Below are positions 51,028 to 64,000 of a DNA stretch of 64,000 nucleotides, piece after piece. The notes below the pieces were generated by a model. It was not told where the DNA came from and ran no database searches. It saw only the letters and a program-made list of their open reading frames with translations. The DNA lies in assembly GCF_018350175.1 (NCBI RefSeq), contig NC_058383.1, positions 17,484,001 to 17,548,000 of the forward strand, in the 5' to 3' direction. Within the stretch, counting starts at the first letter, position 1. Every line of letters begins with the position of its first letter. The DNA comes from Felis catus (Eukaryota). The position numbers and the translations under genes are program-made.

Positions 51028-51146
51028 ATATTCCTGGAGCAGCTGCTCAGCATATTTGGTGAGGAGGCGGGCAAGGCTGTGTGTCTGACGGATCTTGGCC
51101 TCCAAGTGGGGAAGGAGTGAGATTGTGGAGTCAGCCTGTGGGTCTT
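51028..51146 (-). CDS. CTF1: CTF1 exon 2 (EDPQADSTISLLPHLEAKIRQTHSLARLLTKYAEQLLQEY)
   Basis: ccag|AAG acceptor (NAGNAG), TAT|gtgagt donor. Confidence 0.96.
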
Positions 51147-52317
51147 CTGGTGGGAAAAAGGGGGAGGGATGAGGGCAGCCCAAACCCCTACGCCTTGACC
51201 ACTTCTTGCAGGCTGGCTCTTCCTGAATCGAGAAGCTCTGCTCTGAATTCTCCAACTTTTAAGCCGGGCAGGCTATGTCCCATTCCCACCGATGGTAAAT
51301 GAGGCACCAGACATTCGCCAAACAGTTGTCCTACCTGAAATGTATTCTCTGATACCAAATCATTGTTGAAATCCCATTAAAGCCAAATTCAAATATTGCC
51401 TCCTCAGTGCAGCCTCTGAATTCACCCCTCCTTTAAATTAACTTTTTCCTTTTATTTTAGGCCATTTACTCATACTTCCAAGGTAGTTTTTTTAATGGCT
51501 CCTTTATTTGTGTGAATCTGCCTCAGTCTGGGAGCCCTTTGAGGATAGGTTTCACATATCTCGGTACCTCAGTGATGGTGAAGTTTAACATCATTGAAGC
51601 ACAGAATTTCAAGTCGGAATGCTCCTTTAAGCCCATTCTACAGACTGGGAGACTGAAGTCCCATTTCCTCCCCAAAGGACCTTCTGTGCAAAAAGCTAGA
51701 AACCCGCATCATCCACGACTAGCCTTTCCTAGCGTAAACTAGAGGGTGGAGCCCCGGAAGCATGACTACATTTCCCGAGCTGCACAGCGCGCCTACCAAG
51801 GCATGCTGGGGAATGTAGTCCTGGCCCGGCAACTCCCGCCCCGCCCCCCCACCCCAAGTCTGAATTTCCCACCGCCTGTCCCTATCCTTAACAACCTCGA
51901 CTTTCATCTCCTGTTGTCACTCACTGGTTCCTGTGGTCCAAAGAAACTTCCTTCCCTAACTCTATCTTTCCCTCTGGCCCCCAACTCTGATTCTTTCCCA
52001 ATACTCAGAGGATCCAGGCGTCCAAACCCAGCTCCCAGTCCTCTCTCCCAGGGTGTACTCGAACCCGTGATCTAGAAACCCTGAGCCCAAGTCCCTGTGA
52101 AGGCACAGCCCAGGCCTCCGCTAAACTCTGGCTCTTGTCCCTTCCCACAGCTCACCCACAGCTCACCCGCTCGTTACCTGACACCGGGGCCCTGCTCTCC
52201 CCAGTTCAGGCCGCTCCCATCCCGGACCCGGGGTGGCTGGGACCCTGACCCCAGCTTCCAGCCCTTCAGACCCCTGCTCCCCACGGACACTCGACATCCG
52301 GCCCTTCAGCCCCTTAC

Positions 52318-52342
52318 CCAGACTTCCCTCCCTCCGGCTCAT
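52318..52342 (-). CDS. CTF1: CTF1 coding exon 1 (MSRREGSL); spliced product 203 aa, no signal peptide
   Basis: ATG with G|gtaag donor; phases add up across the three exons. Confidence 0.94.
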
Positions 52343-54479
52343 GCTGGCCCCTGGCTGATCCCGGTTGCCTCCACGCCCCCCTTCCGAAGGGGGGGAGAAG
52401 GGGAAGGGGTAGGGGCGTGGCCCGGGCTCAGCCAATCAGGGCTCAGACCCCAAACAATCTCCCCCCCCCCCCCCCCGCCCCAGGCAGGATTCCTTGGCTC
52501 TGAGCTCAGCTCCCTACTTGCGCAGCCCAGTCAGGAAAGGGGCCTGAGAAGGGTTAGCAGGTTGTGTGCGTGGTGCGTTTAAGACCTTGAGGCTGGGTGT
52601 GCCGGGGCCCGGAGGCAGCCCTGGTCCCGCGGGGAGGAGGAGGCTCAGGCTCTGACCTGGTGCAAGACTTAGGGCTGGAGCTTCTTTTCCGAGAAAGCTG
52701 ATGGGGGATGGGGGATGAGGAATGGGGGTGGGGGGTGGGGAGGGATAGGAAAGGGTGGAGCTGGCAGGACAGGAATGTGCTGGTCCTACCTCCTGTTTGG
52801 GGGAAGGGGGGAAACCGCGATGAGGGCCCTCAGGCTTGGGCCACACCTGCCCAGACAAATACCTTCTGGTCTTAGATATTTTCTCTGTCTCTCTCATTAT
52901 CTCTCTCTCTCTCTCTCTCTCCCCCTCTCTCTCATTATCACACCTACTAGGAGTGTAACAGATACACCGTCTCACTTCACCTTACCAGGCCCAGTAAGAG
53001 AACCCCTCCCACTTACACACATCTACTGCATGTAGACCTTCATTCTCACCCAGGAACAAGGTACGGGGGGTCGTACCGACATGTCCACCCCACTCATCTG
53101 ATGCAGATAAACGATGAAAGGTCTGTACACACTTACACCCATAAATTGTTCCCAAGTACCTACTTGCCCTGGGCTCCGGGACCCAGGAATGATCCATACT
53201 TGGTCTCTGGCCCCCTGAGGAGCTCGGTCTGATGTGGGAGACCAGAGCAGGTAATGGGGTTTGTGAGTGAAGGGACTGGGAAGGAGGCCTGTGTGTCTGT
53301 GAGGGTATTGCCAGAAGCAGATAATTGCCAGAATAAAAGAAGGCATTAACGGGCAGAGGCCATAGCAGGTACAATTGAAGCCAACTGTTGGTAGGGGCCA
53401 CAATCACACACTTATTAACAGCGAATATTTATTGGGCATTTCCTATGTGCAGGCATTGTTCCAGGAGCTACATTACATATTAACTTACTCTCATGTTATA
53501 GCTGAGGGAATAGAGAGATAAGTGAGTTGTCTAAGGTCACTGGACAAGCAGAGCTGGGATTTTCCCCAAGGCAGTTTGGCTCCAGAAATTTGGTTATAAT
53601 CACTCTCTTATACCTTTAAACCCTCTGGCCAGAGTCCCACCCTTGCAACACACACACATAGCAACCCATGTCATTTCTGCTGGCAAACACAGCTTCAAAT
53701 AAAATCAACCTAAACACACTCATTTGAAGTAAACTTTTAATTGAAGTATAATATGCATAGGGAAAAGTACATTCATCCTAAAGTGTACAGTTCAGTGAAT
53801 ATTCAGAGTAAATATGTTGGGGGGAGGGGACCAACATCAGATTAAGAAACTGAACATGACCAGTCCAAGAGCTCCCGTTTAGCCCCTCTCAGCCCTAAGG
53901 GTGACCACTATCCTGACTTCTCACACCACAAATCAGTTTTGTCTGTTTTGAACTTCATATAAAAGGAATCATACAGTGTGTGTTGTTGTATTTGATTTCT
54001 TTCATGAGACTTGTCCCTATTGTTGGTTGTGTAGCAAGACATCACTCTGTGCTGTGTCCACTGTGTGAACAGGCTACAATTCATTTTCCACTTTCCTCTC
54101 GATGGGCCGTTTCCAGTTTGAGGACATTATCGACAGTACTATGAACATTCCAGTACACACCTCTTCGTGCTCATACCTGTGTATTTCTGTTGAGTGTTGA
54201 TGACCTAGGAGTAGAATTGCTGGAACGTGTAAGTTCAGCTTCTCTAGAAAACTGCCAGTTTTTCAAAGCGTCTCTACCAGTTTCCACTCCCCCAGAAATG
54301 AGAGCTCTGTTTGCTTTACTTCTTTGTCTACACTTGATATGGTCTGTTGTTCTCATTTTAGCCATTCTGGTAGGTGGAGACCTACTCATATTTGCAGCGT
54401 CTGGCCGGTAATGGGCAGTCAGTGAAGAGACAGCTGAATGAATGGCTGGAGAAAAACAGTCTGGGAGCGAGAGCCAAGG

Positions 54480-55150
54480 GAGGCTGGACACATACTCTGC
54501 GCACAGCATTCGGGGCCGCCCCCGCGCAGCTCGCCGGGACCGTGACCCCCTCGCGCCCTCTGGCGCCCACGTGGTCTGAACGCACCGCCTCAGCCCAGCT
54601 GCGCGCGTCTTGGCGCCGAGCTGTCCCCAACCCTCCCTCTTGGTGGCGGGTAGGGGGCGCTGCGCGTCCGGGCGCCCCGAGGGGGCGGGCCCGGTCGGGG
54701 CGGGGCCGGCCGGCTTCCAGGCCTGGGCTCTGGCCGCCCGCGCCGCCCGGCCGCTCCGGGGACGGGCCGGGGCGGGGCGCGGCGCGGCGGCAGGAAGCGG
54801 GGCGGGGACTCGCGGAGGCGTTGGGGAGCGAGGGAGGGCGCGGCCAACTCCCGGAGGGACGGCAGGCGGAGAGAGCGGCGCCCGGGTCTGGCGCCGAGCC
54901 TGAGCCCGCCGGACGGGAGGCGGCCCAGCCGCGGGCNNNNNNNNNNNNNNNNNNNNNNNNNNNNNNNNNNNNNNNNNNNNNNNNNNNNNNNNNNNNNNNN
55001 NNNNNNNNNNNNNNNNNNNNNNNNNNNNNNNNNNNNNNNNNNNNNNNNNNNNNNNNNNNNNNNNNNNNNNNNNNNNGGACGGGACCTGGCGGGGCTACTC
55101 CTCTCCCAAATGCGTCTACCCTCCCTTCGCCTGCCGTGGCCCCCAGGTGT
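54480..55150 (+). promoter_or_regulatory. BCL7C: BCL7C CpG island/promoter; coding exon 1 probably in the gap 54937-55076
   Basis: Several GC boxes; exon 2 starts in phase 2 and needs an upstream coding exon that is not visible. Confidence 0.75.
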
Positions 55151-55567
55151 TAGGTGTACCCCCCAGCTGCGCCCTGGAGCTATAGGGCTCTGTCCCCCTT
55201 CTGGCTACACCCTAGGGTCTACAAAGCGTGCTCCCAAGCCTTACCCTCATTTATGCCCCGTCCCCTAAAGCTTTGCCACTCCTCCCTCAAGTATGCCCAG
55301 GATCTTCATTGGTGTGGTCCCCGGCTGGGTCATTAGTCTTGCTCTCTTGTATACCCCAGGGGTCTGCAGAGCTATGGCCCCAAGCCACACTCTCTTTCTA
55401 GAGGCACCCCCACGTAAGGCCTGGGGTCTGCAGGACTTTCTCCTTCTAACTATGCCCCATTAGCAAAACTGCACCACCCCTACTTCTGCAGGTCTCCCCA
55501 GATGTGTTCAGCTCCTGGGGGGGCTCTCTCCTCAGAACTCTGACCCAGTCCCCCCACCCTCCCACAG

Positions 55568-55646
55568 GGAGAAGCGCTGGGTGACTGTGGGCGACACTTC
55601 CCTTCGTATCTTCAAGTGGGTGCCAGTGGTGGACCCCCAGGAGGAG
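55568..55646 (+). CDS. BCL7C: BCL7C exon 2 ([26 protein letters not shown])
   Basis: BCL7 N-terminal domain motif; cacag| acceptor, |gtgag donor. Confidence 0.96.
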
Positions 55647-55971
55647 GTGAGCAAGCTCTCCCACACCAGGCCCTTCATCTGTGCAACCTCAGGCGAGCCC
55701 CTCCCCACCCTGGCCTCCACCTCCAGTCCCGCTCTGAGACCTCAAATGCAGCAGCCAAGACAGATGTTAACAATTATTAGCAACTCCACCCCCTTCTCCT
55801 TTTTTCCTGCTTCCGACCCCTGAGTTCAAGACCTAACTCACTGTGCCACACTCTGTCACCTCATGCAGGGTCTTTTGCTTCTCTGTGCCTCAGTTTACTA
55901 ATTTGTACAGTGGGGGCTTTGCAAGCACTAATTGGAAAGCTGCCACTGACCCTCACCCCTTTAACCCCCAG

Positions 55972-56080
55972 GAGCGGCGGAGGGCAGGTGGTGGGGCAGA
56001 GAGATCTCGAGGCCGGGAGCGACGGGGCAGGGGCGCCAGTCCCCGAGGGGGTGGCCCTCTCATCCTGCTGGATCTCAATG
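55972..56080 (+). CDS. BCL7C: BCL7C exon 3 ([18 protein letters not shown]...LILLDLN)
   Basis: cccag| acceptor, G|gtatg donor. Confidence 0.93.
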
Positions 56081-56128
56081 GTATGTAGGGATCCTGGAAT
56101 TTCAGGGGGAGGTGTGGGCTGTAGATGA

Positions 56129-56398
<270 letters not shown>

Positions 56399-57744
56399 TG
56401 AAGCCACCAGCTTACATCTACCAACACCTACTCCTCTCCTGTGTTACCCGCTCCTGGAAGTCTTCCCTGATTCTCACAGAAAGTCACCATCCTACCTCCA
56501 GCGACTGTCTGTCTCATTCCTCTGGCTTCTTTGGGTCTTTAGATAACTAATCATCGTCTGAGATTTTCATGTAAAATTTTTTTTTTTTACTATTTCTCCC
56601 CCCAACCCCCACCTCATGTCAGCTTCCTGAACCTTGGGTCCACGTTGATCTTGTTCATTACTGAATTCTCAGAACAACGTGGGACACATAGAAGGTGCTC
56701 AATAAATATTTGTTGAGGACTAAATAATAGCGATATTCCTGAAGGTGGTTAACAAGTGATAATAACAGCCCATACCTATCGAGCTCTGTGTGCCAGATGC
56801 CCTTCTGAATGTGTTGTAGGTCACGTAATCCTCCTAACCCTATGGGGGCTATCACCCCCTCATGTAGATGAGAAGCTGAAACTCAGGGAAGTACCCCAAG
56901 CTCACACAGCCAGTGAGCCCATATCTTGGGCATAATTCCTCCTCACCTCGTCTCTCTTCTGTACAATCCCCTGTCTGGTCTGAACCATGTCTCAAATGTG
57001 TCTGCCTTCCTAGAAGAGCTGTCTCTTACCCCCACCTGGCTCCAGCCTCCTTATGGGTCTCCTCTCCCCCAGTCACCTCTGCACAGCTGCCAGAGCAACT
57101 TTTTCTAAAGTACAAGTTTGCCAGGCTCATTTTCCTGCCTCAAAGCCTTCAATGGCTCCCTATACCTTTGACTCCTCCACTTGGCACTCCGGGCCCTTCT
57201 TGAACTACCCCTGCTGATCTCATTATTCCTTTCCAAGAATACCATGACTTAGGCTTATGGGCTATGTTTAGGTTGTGCCATGCACTTGTGCACCTTTACT
57301 AACATAAAAATAATAACAGGCATTTATTGAGCACCTACTATGTGCCAAATGCTTTACTAAGGGCTTTACCTGTATTATCTCACTTAATCCTCACAACTGT
57401 CCATGTGGTGATTACTATCATTCTCCCCACTTTACAGATGGGGAAACTGAGGCCCAGAGGAATTAAGTCACTTGCCCAAGGTCAGGATTTGAACCCAGGA
57501 GTCCAACCTCAGAATCTGTATTCACTAAATATATGTCCTGTTTGCCTAAAATGTGCTCCACTCCCCGTTTGTCTACCTGATGAAATCTTACTCACCTGTC
57601 AAGATCCCACTTAAATGTCCTTCCTGTGTTCTCTTCCTGGCTTGCAGCCAGGTCCCCAGCTCCCTCCCCGGTGTCCCTCAGCCCTGGTCTGTGCTGTGGC
57701 ATGGAGCAGCTGCTCAGGGAATATCTGTTAACTTGATGTTCCAG

Positions 57745-57830
57745 ATCCTGGGGGCATAACTGCAGGCAGCACGGATGAACCCCCAATGCTGACCAAGGAG
57801 GAGCCTGTTCCAGAATTGCTGGAGGCTGAG
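57745..57830 (+). CDS. BCL7C: BCL7C exon 5 ([29 protein letters not shown]); terminal exon possibly in the gap 58352-58650
   Basis: [11 protein letters not shown] motif; ccag| acceptor, |gtgag donor. Confidence 0.92.
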
Positions 57831-59759
57831 GTGAGAGAAGCCAAAGGGCTGGACTCCTGGGTCTCTAAGGCAATGGGGGCTCTGGGGCAGCCAAAGGCTT
57901 GGGGGCTGCACTGCTGAGGTCCAGGCAGGAAATGTAGACCTCAGACACAGCTCAAGTCTCAGAGGCTGGGTTCTTAGGGCTGAAAAGGAAAGGGTGTTTT
58001 AAGACAAAGTCCTGTGGGCTGGATCGGGGCTGATTTAAGACCATTAAAAGCCTGAAAAGATCGTGGTGCTCCTCCAAGTATTTTATTTTATCTTAAACTA
58101 TAAAATTAGCTTAAGAGATCCCCGACAGACTTCTGACTTTTTCCACAAGGACTACCTTGATGCATTTTCCAGAAATATCAAGTATCAGCTTCTTTCCCCC
58201 CAAACGATGTTGTTGTTGTTTCCGGTGCCCACTTAATCTACTTCCTGGGTCCCTGGCCCTGGGCTAGACTCCTAGGTCCGGGAGGGGAGTGGAGTGGAGG
58301 CGCTGGAGAAGGCAGAGGCTAGGAGGCTGTACTCCTGGGTTTGGGTGGAGCNNNNNNNNNNNNNNNNNNNNNNNNNNNNNNNNNNNNNNNNNNNNNNNNN
58401 NNNNNNNNNNNNNNNNNNNNNNNNNNNNNNNNNNNNNNNNNNNNNNNNNNNNNNNNNNNNNNNNNNNNNNNNNNNNNNNNNNNNNNNNNNNNNNNNNNNN
58501 NNNNNNNNNNNNNNNNNNNNNNNNNNNNNNNNNNNNNNNNNNNNNNNNNNNNNNNNNNNNNNNNNNNNNNNNNNNNNNNNNNNNNNNNNNNNNNNNNNNN
58601 NNNNNNNNNNNNNNNNNNNNNNNNNNNNNNNNNNNNNNNNNNNNNNNNNNNATGGAGTCACTGAGGCTCAAAGAGGATCTTCCTATAGTCATACCATGAG
58701 TCAGACATGGAATGGGAGCTTGAGCCAGGACCCTTCCTCCCCAAAACTCCCTCCACCCTGCCCTGTCCTCCTTACCTTGGACCCTTCCTGACCTTCAGCC
58801 CTCCTCTGGGAATCCCAGGACCCCACTTCTTGTTCAGCTCTCCCTTGGGCCCAGCAATTACCAAAGCCCTGGCCCATGATTCCCATTCATAAATAGGAAC
58901 ACAGAAGCCCAGAGGGACTTTGGGGTCTGAAATGACCCAACACATTCCTTGCCCTCAAGAAGCTACAACTTGTATCTCCGGCCTCTGCTTAGCCATTTCT
59001 CCACCGGAACCCCTGCCTACACTTCTCATTGAGTCTTGCTTGTCCTCAGCCCAATCACTACCTCCTCCAGGAAGTCTTCCCTGACCCCTGGCTCGGTTTC
59101 CCTTCTTTAGGGCTTCCATCACCCACTGTGCCTCCTCCCCTCTGTCTCAGCAGACATTTATCAGGCTGTTTAGGATGGCTGTTTTGTTTGTCTGTTTTGT
59201 CCACTAGGTTGTGGGTTCCTGAGTGCAGAACTTGGTCCCCAGTCTTATCTAGCACCACGTTGGGCATAGAGCAGTTATAGCAACTGTTTGATGAGTGACC
59301 AAATAAATGAATGTGCCGTGGTATCCGGGAAGGCTTCTCTGACAGGGCGGTGGCATGTGAGACATGAACCTCGGTGTGGTAGATCTGAAGTCAGAGGTCC
59401 TGGTTCAAACCCTGGCTCTGTTACTCACTAGGTGTGTGGCTGTATGCAAGCCATTTCCCCTCTCTGAGCCTTAGTTTGTCTATCTGAGCAATGGGGACAA
59501 CAATGAGGCCTCATCTGCCCTAGTGATTTGTGGGAACCTTCAAATGATATACGGCACCTTCAGTCTGTGCCTGCAAAAGAGGTAGAGTCAGGTGTATTAG
59601 CCCTACTTTTATTTTTAACAAAGGAAGAGACTGAGGTTCAGAGGGACCACACTGGAACTTTTAAAGAACTATTTAAAAACAGAGGGATGCTTCCTGATAG
59701 CAGCTGAACTTGTGACAGTTGAGCCAAGGCTGGCCAGGGGAGCCAGGTGTATCGTGATG

Positions 59760-60248
59760 TGGAATATTTGCTGCTTCTTGCCGCTGCGACAAATTACCAC
59801 AGATTTACTTCGTGATTTAAAGAAACACACATTTATTACCTTACTGTTCTGGAGGCCAGAGGTCCAAAATTAGTCCCACTGGGCTAAGGCCAAGGTACCA
59901 GCAGGGCTGGTTCCTTCCAGAGGCTGCAGGGGAGTATCTGTTTCCCAGCCTTTTCCAGCTCCTCCATGCCACCTGTCCTATGATTTGGGGTTCCTCCCTC
60001 CGTCCTCAGCATGGCACCTTCTGGTCTCCCTGTCTCTTCCATCTTCACATCTCGGGTCCTGCCTCCCTCTCTTAAGGCCCCTGTGACTACATTGGGCCCA
60101 CCTGGATGATGCAGGTGACTCTTCCCAAGACCCTTAAACTTAAATCACACCTGCGAAATCTCGTCGGCCACATAAAGTAACATCCACGGGTTCTGGGGAT
60201 TAGGTTGTGGGCATCTGCGGAGGGCCATTATTCAGCCTGCTACCTGTG
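59760..60248. mobile_element. MLT1-like LTR
   Basis: acaaattaccaca...tacattgggcccacctggat...gggccattattcagcct MaLR motifs. Confidence 0.7.
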
Positions 60249-63200
60249 GTAATAATCTCAGCATTTTCTTGGGCATAGAGGTCATCTCACGATTCCCTTT
60301 GACCACCCCATGAGGTGATGGGAGTGCTCTGTAAACTGTGAAGTGCCTTGTATGGGTTAGTCGTACAGTGTTAAAGCCCAGAAAATAGGTTCTGGGCTTG
60401 AATATCAGCATCTCCATTCGTTTGCTTGTGGCCTTGAGCCAAGTGACTTAACCTGTCTGGGCCTCGGTTTTTTCATCTGTAAACTGGCGATAATACTAAT
60501 GTCAGCCTGGTGAGAGTGTTGTGAGGATTAGATGAGGAAATAATGGAGAGAGTGTCCTTGGCTTGACACATAATAAGTGCTCAATAAATGACAGCTGTTT
60601 TTCCTATTACTCCATTTTGCAGATGAGGATACAAGGGTGTAGGGATAGAGGCCAGAGACTTGCCTGTCCACGAGACTGGGGAGGAGGAGTCCATATCTGA
60701 GCAGCCTTGAAAGGCTAAAGTTTGAGTCTCCCCCATTCTTGTTCCTCTCTTGGCCCCAGACCCCAGGCATCTGTCCCCTATTCCAGGCCTGCACCCACCC
60801 TCTCTGTGGTCCACTGTGTGACCTGGTTTAAAGTCCACTTCTTCCACAGCCACACCCCCACTCGTCACCTTATAATGCTCTCCCTGCCTCCCTGCCTCCC
60901 TGCTTCCCACCCCCTTGGGATGTCTACACTCTCTTTTTGGAAATTCTTCCACCCTTGACTCTTGGGTTCTGGCCTCTAGTGCTCCCCCATTCTCTTCTGC
61001 TCTGTCACTCTCTCCTGATCCCTTAAGTATCTCTTGCCCTGGCCTAGCTCTTCTCTTCATGCACACTCCCTGCTGGGTCCACCTACCCTTTGAACCAAGG
61101 GCTCCCAAATCTCTGCATCCAAGTTCCGCACCTACCTCTAGACTCAGCCAGATGCCTGCATGACATCTCCACTGGGATGTCCAGACCCTCAGCATCCTTC
61201 TCCTCCCACTCTGTTCCTACCATCACCTGTACCCAGAAATGGCCCCTCAGTCCCAGACTGGAGCACCCAGAAGTCAGAGTCCCGTCAACTATCATGTTTC
61301 ATTAAGTCTCTGTCCTGAATAACTCTCCCATCTACCCCTTTCTTTAGGGCCCTTCTGTTTGCTAGGTTCCTCCTGGTGGGTTTCCTGCTTCACTCTTGCC
61401 CACCGCAATCCATTCTCCACCCAGCAGCTGGGCAGTCTCAGAAACTCACATCTGCCCATGATACTGCCTTTGGCGAGAACCCTGCAGTTCCCCTTCCTGG
61501 CAGGATGGGGCTACCTCCTGCCGCTTCACCCCACCCCTGCACTGCTTCCCTGAGAACTGCTTATAATCACTCTGCTGTTTCTGAGTCTAGGGTTTTGCTC
61601 ATGCTGTTTACGCTGCTAGCAGATCTCTTCTTATCCTCTCTTCATCTGGGAGATGCATTCTTTTTTTTTTCTAACCTTGGCTTCCTGGTGACTTCTTTTG
61701 TCATGCCCCCTGCCTCCTCCTCTGCCATTTCATGGGACATCAGGTGTTGCCTCGTGATGATCTGTGTTGACTTGGGTCTTTGGCACCAGACTGAGCTCAA
61801 GGAGGGAGGAGAATTCCTTTATTCCTAGAAACATGTATTTATTCCACACTTACTGTTTGATGGGCACTATTCTAGGCCCTGGGGATAGAGCATAAACAAA
61901 ATGGAAAAAAGTCTTTGCCTTCACAGAGCTTACCTTCAATAAATTGTATCATCTGTAGGAAGTTATAAGCACTCTCTAAAAAAAATAAAGCAAGGGAGAT
62001 GGGAAAAGGACGGATTGCAATTTTAAATAGGGAGATCAGAGGAGGCCCTACTGAGGAGACATTTGAAGAAAAGCTTGAAGTAGTGAGGGAGCCAGCCATG
62101 CAGATATCCCGGGGGAGAGCATTCCTGGCAGAAGGAATAGCCAGTGCAAAGGCCCTGAGGTGGAGTGTCCCTGGAAATGAGATCAGTGTGACTGGGGCAC
62201 AGGGAAGTAGGGAAAGAGCAGTGGGAAGTGAGGTCAGCTCTTGTAGGGCCTCATAGGCAGGTCACAATCATAAAATGGCAATCAAAATCAATCCTGTTTG
62301 GAGGCCATTGTCAGGACTTTGGCTTTTATTCTGGGCGAGATGAAGAGCTATTGAAGGGGTCTGAGCAGAGAAGTGACATGATCAGATTTAGGGTTTTTTT
62401 CCTCCTAATATTTTATCATAAAAAGTTTCTGGGTGCCTGGCTGGCTCAGTCGGAAGAGCAAGCGACTCTTGATCTCTGGGTCATGAATTCAAGTCCGCAT
62501 GGGGAGTAAAGATTACTTAAGCAAAACAAAAAAACCTTTAAAAGTTTCAAACATGCAGCAAGTTGGAAGAATTTTATATATATGTATATATACCCGCCAC
62601 CTAGATTCTGTACCATCTTACTGTATTTGTTTATCACGTATCCATATCCATTCATCCATCTATCAATCTATCTTATTTTCTTGATACATTTCAAAATAAG
62701 TTGGAGACACTGGTATATTTCCCTCTAAGTCCTTAAGCATGCAGGTCATTGACTAGAGTCCAGTATTTCTTTACAGGTTTGTCTTTCTTTGCCCTTGAAA
62801 CAAAATATCTATATAATGAAATGCGCAGGTATTAATTGTATGATTCAGGGAGTTTCAATAAATGCACACATCTGCATAATGCAAACTCTTATCAAATACA
62901 TCATTATCCTCCTGGAAAATTTCCTGTGCCCCTCTCCCACCCTTCCCAAGCCCCCAGAGGCAATCACTGTCCTGGTTTTGTTTTTATTAAGTTAACCTGT
63001 TCTAAAACTTCATATGCATGGAATTATACAGTATGTACTTCTTCACATCTGCTTTCTTTCACTCAGCATAATGTTTTTGAGAGTCATCTGTATTGCTGCT
63101 TAGATCAATAGTGTGTTCCTTTCTATTGCTAGGTTATAGTCCGTAGACTTGGCTTTGACTAGGCATGCTCTACTGGGTGGAGAACAGTCCTCTCCCTGTT

Positions 63201-63637
63201 TCTAGCTCCCTGCACAAGCCTGTCAAGCCTTGTGGGCTCAGAGCCCTGGATGAGTGCATCCTAGGGAGACAGACAGCTTGTTCCCTAGGACCTTTCTAGG
63301 ATGTAGTCTATGACATTAGTCCCCCAGAAATCTGGGGAAACGTAACTATATCAGGGACAGGATGTAGGGTGACCAAGCAAGCATCCTGGTTTGTCCAGGA
63401 CTTCCCCAGTTTTACCACTTCAAGTCCTGTTCCTGGGAAACCCTGGGAAAACTGGGATGGTTGATGGCCCTGGCAGGATCCCAACACTGCCCCTAGGGCC
63501 CCAGGCCCTTTCTGACCCCTTCCTCCTAAGGATTGATTTTCTGTAAACTAAACTGATCTATTCCTTCCCTGGTCTAAAACTTCCCAGGGCTCCCCATGGC
63601 TTTACCTGGCAACCCAAGAGATGTACTCAACCTATGT

Positions 63638-63799
63638 CACTGGTTCTCAATCTTTGCTGCACAATGGAATCGCTCGGGAAATTCTGATGCCTGGCTTCTA
63701 CCTCGGACATTTTAATTGGTATAGGATGTGACTTGGGCATTAGGAGTTTTAAAAGCTCCACAGGTGACACTGATATGCTTCCAAGTTTGGGAACCACTG
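63638..63799. mobile_element. MER5A-like hAT-Charlie MITE
   Basis: Terminal inverted repeats cactggttctcaa / ttgggaaccactg. Confidence 0.7.
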
Positions 63800-64000
63800 G
63801 CCTATGGATATATGATTTGCTTCCCTTATGTGGTGTTGAATATGTTGCCAACATTTAAAATCAAATGATTTTATATAAAAATCTAGACTCCCGGCTACCT
63901 TTGACAAAGCAGAAGATCTGAGACACTGAGTGCCTCCAAGTATGGTAATCACCAGGGGGTGTGTAGCACCAGCTGCACCTGGAGACAAAACGTGTGCTCT

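Noticed and set aside
54700-55100. miR-762-like hairpin annotated near BCL7C in human and mouse
   Set aside because: Region is partly gap; GC-rich hairpins are non-specific and cannot be supported here

Overview
Mammalian genomic DNA, almost certainly from a felid (many SINEC_Fc-type carnivore SINEs and an L1 3' end), syntenic to human 16p11.2. Gene order: ORAI3 exon 1 (-), FBXL19 (-; 8 coding exons visible, CXXC exon and one LRR exon probably hidden in N-gaps), a bidirectional CpG promoter, an old RPSA retrocopy split by an MLT1 LTR, CTF2/neuropoietin (+, with a 1-bp frameshift in exon 3), CTF1 (-, convergent with CTF2) and BCL7C (+; exons 2-5 visible). The best candidate for something undescribed is at about 39.0-41.65 kb (-): six ordered, heavily decayed segments, several with splice signals, that resemble exons 1-4, 6 and 7 (MCR domains) of the Mondo glucose sensors MLXIP/MLXIPL. 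This would be a fossil third Mondo paralogue next to BCL7C. That match rests on remembered protein sequences and needs a tblastn/HMM check. All gene calls come from recognising sequence by eye, not from database searches. Repeat boundaries are approximate.
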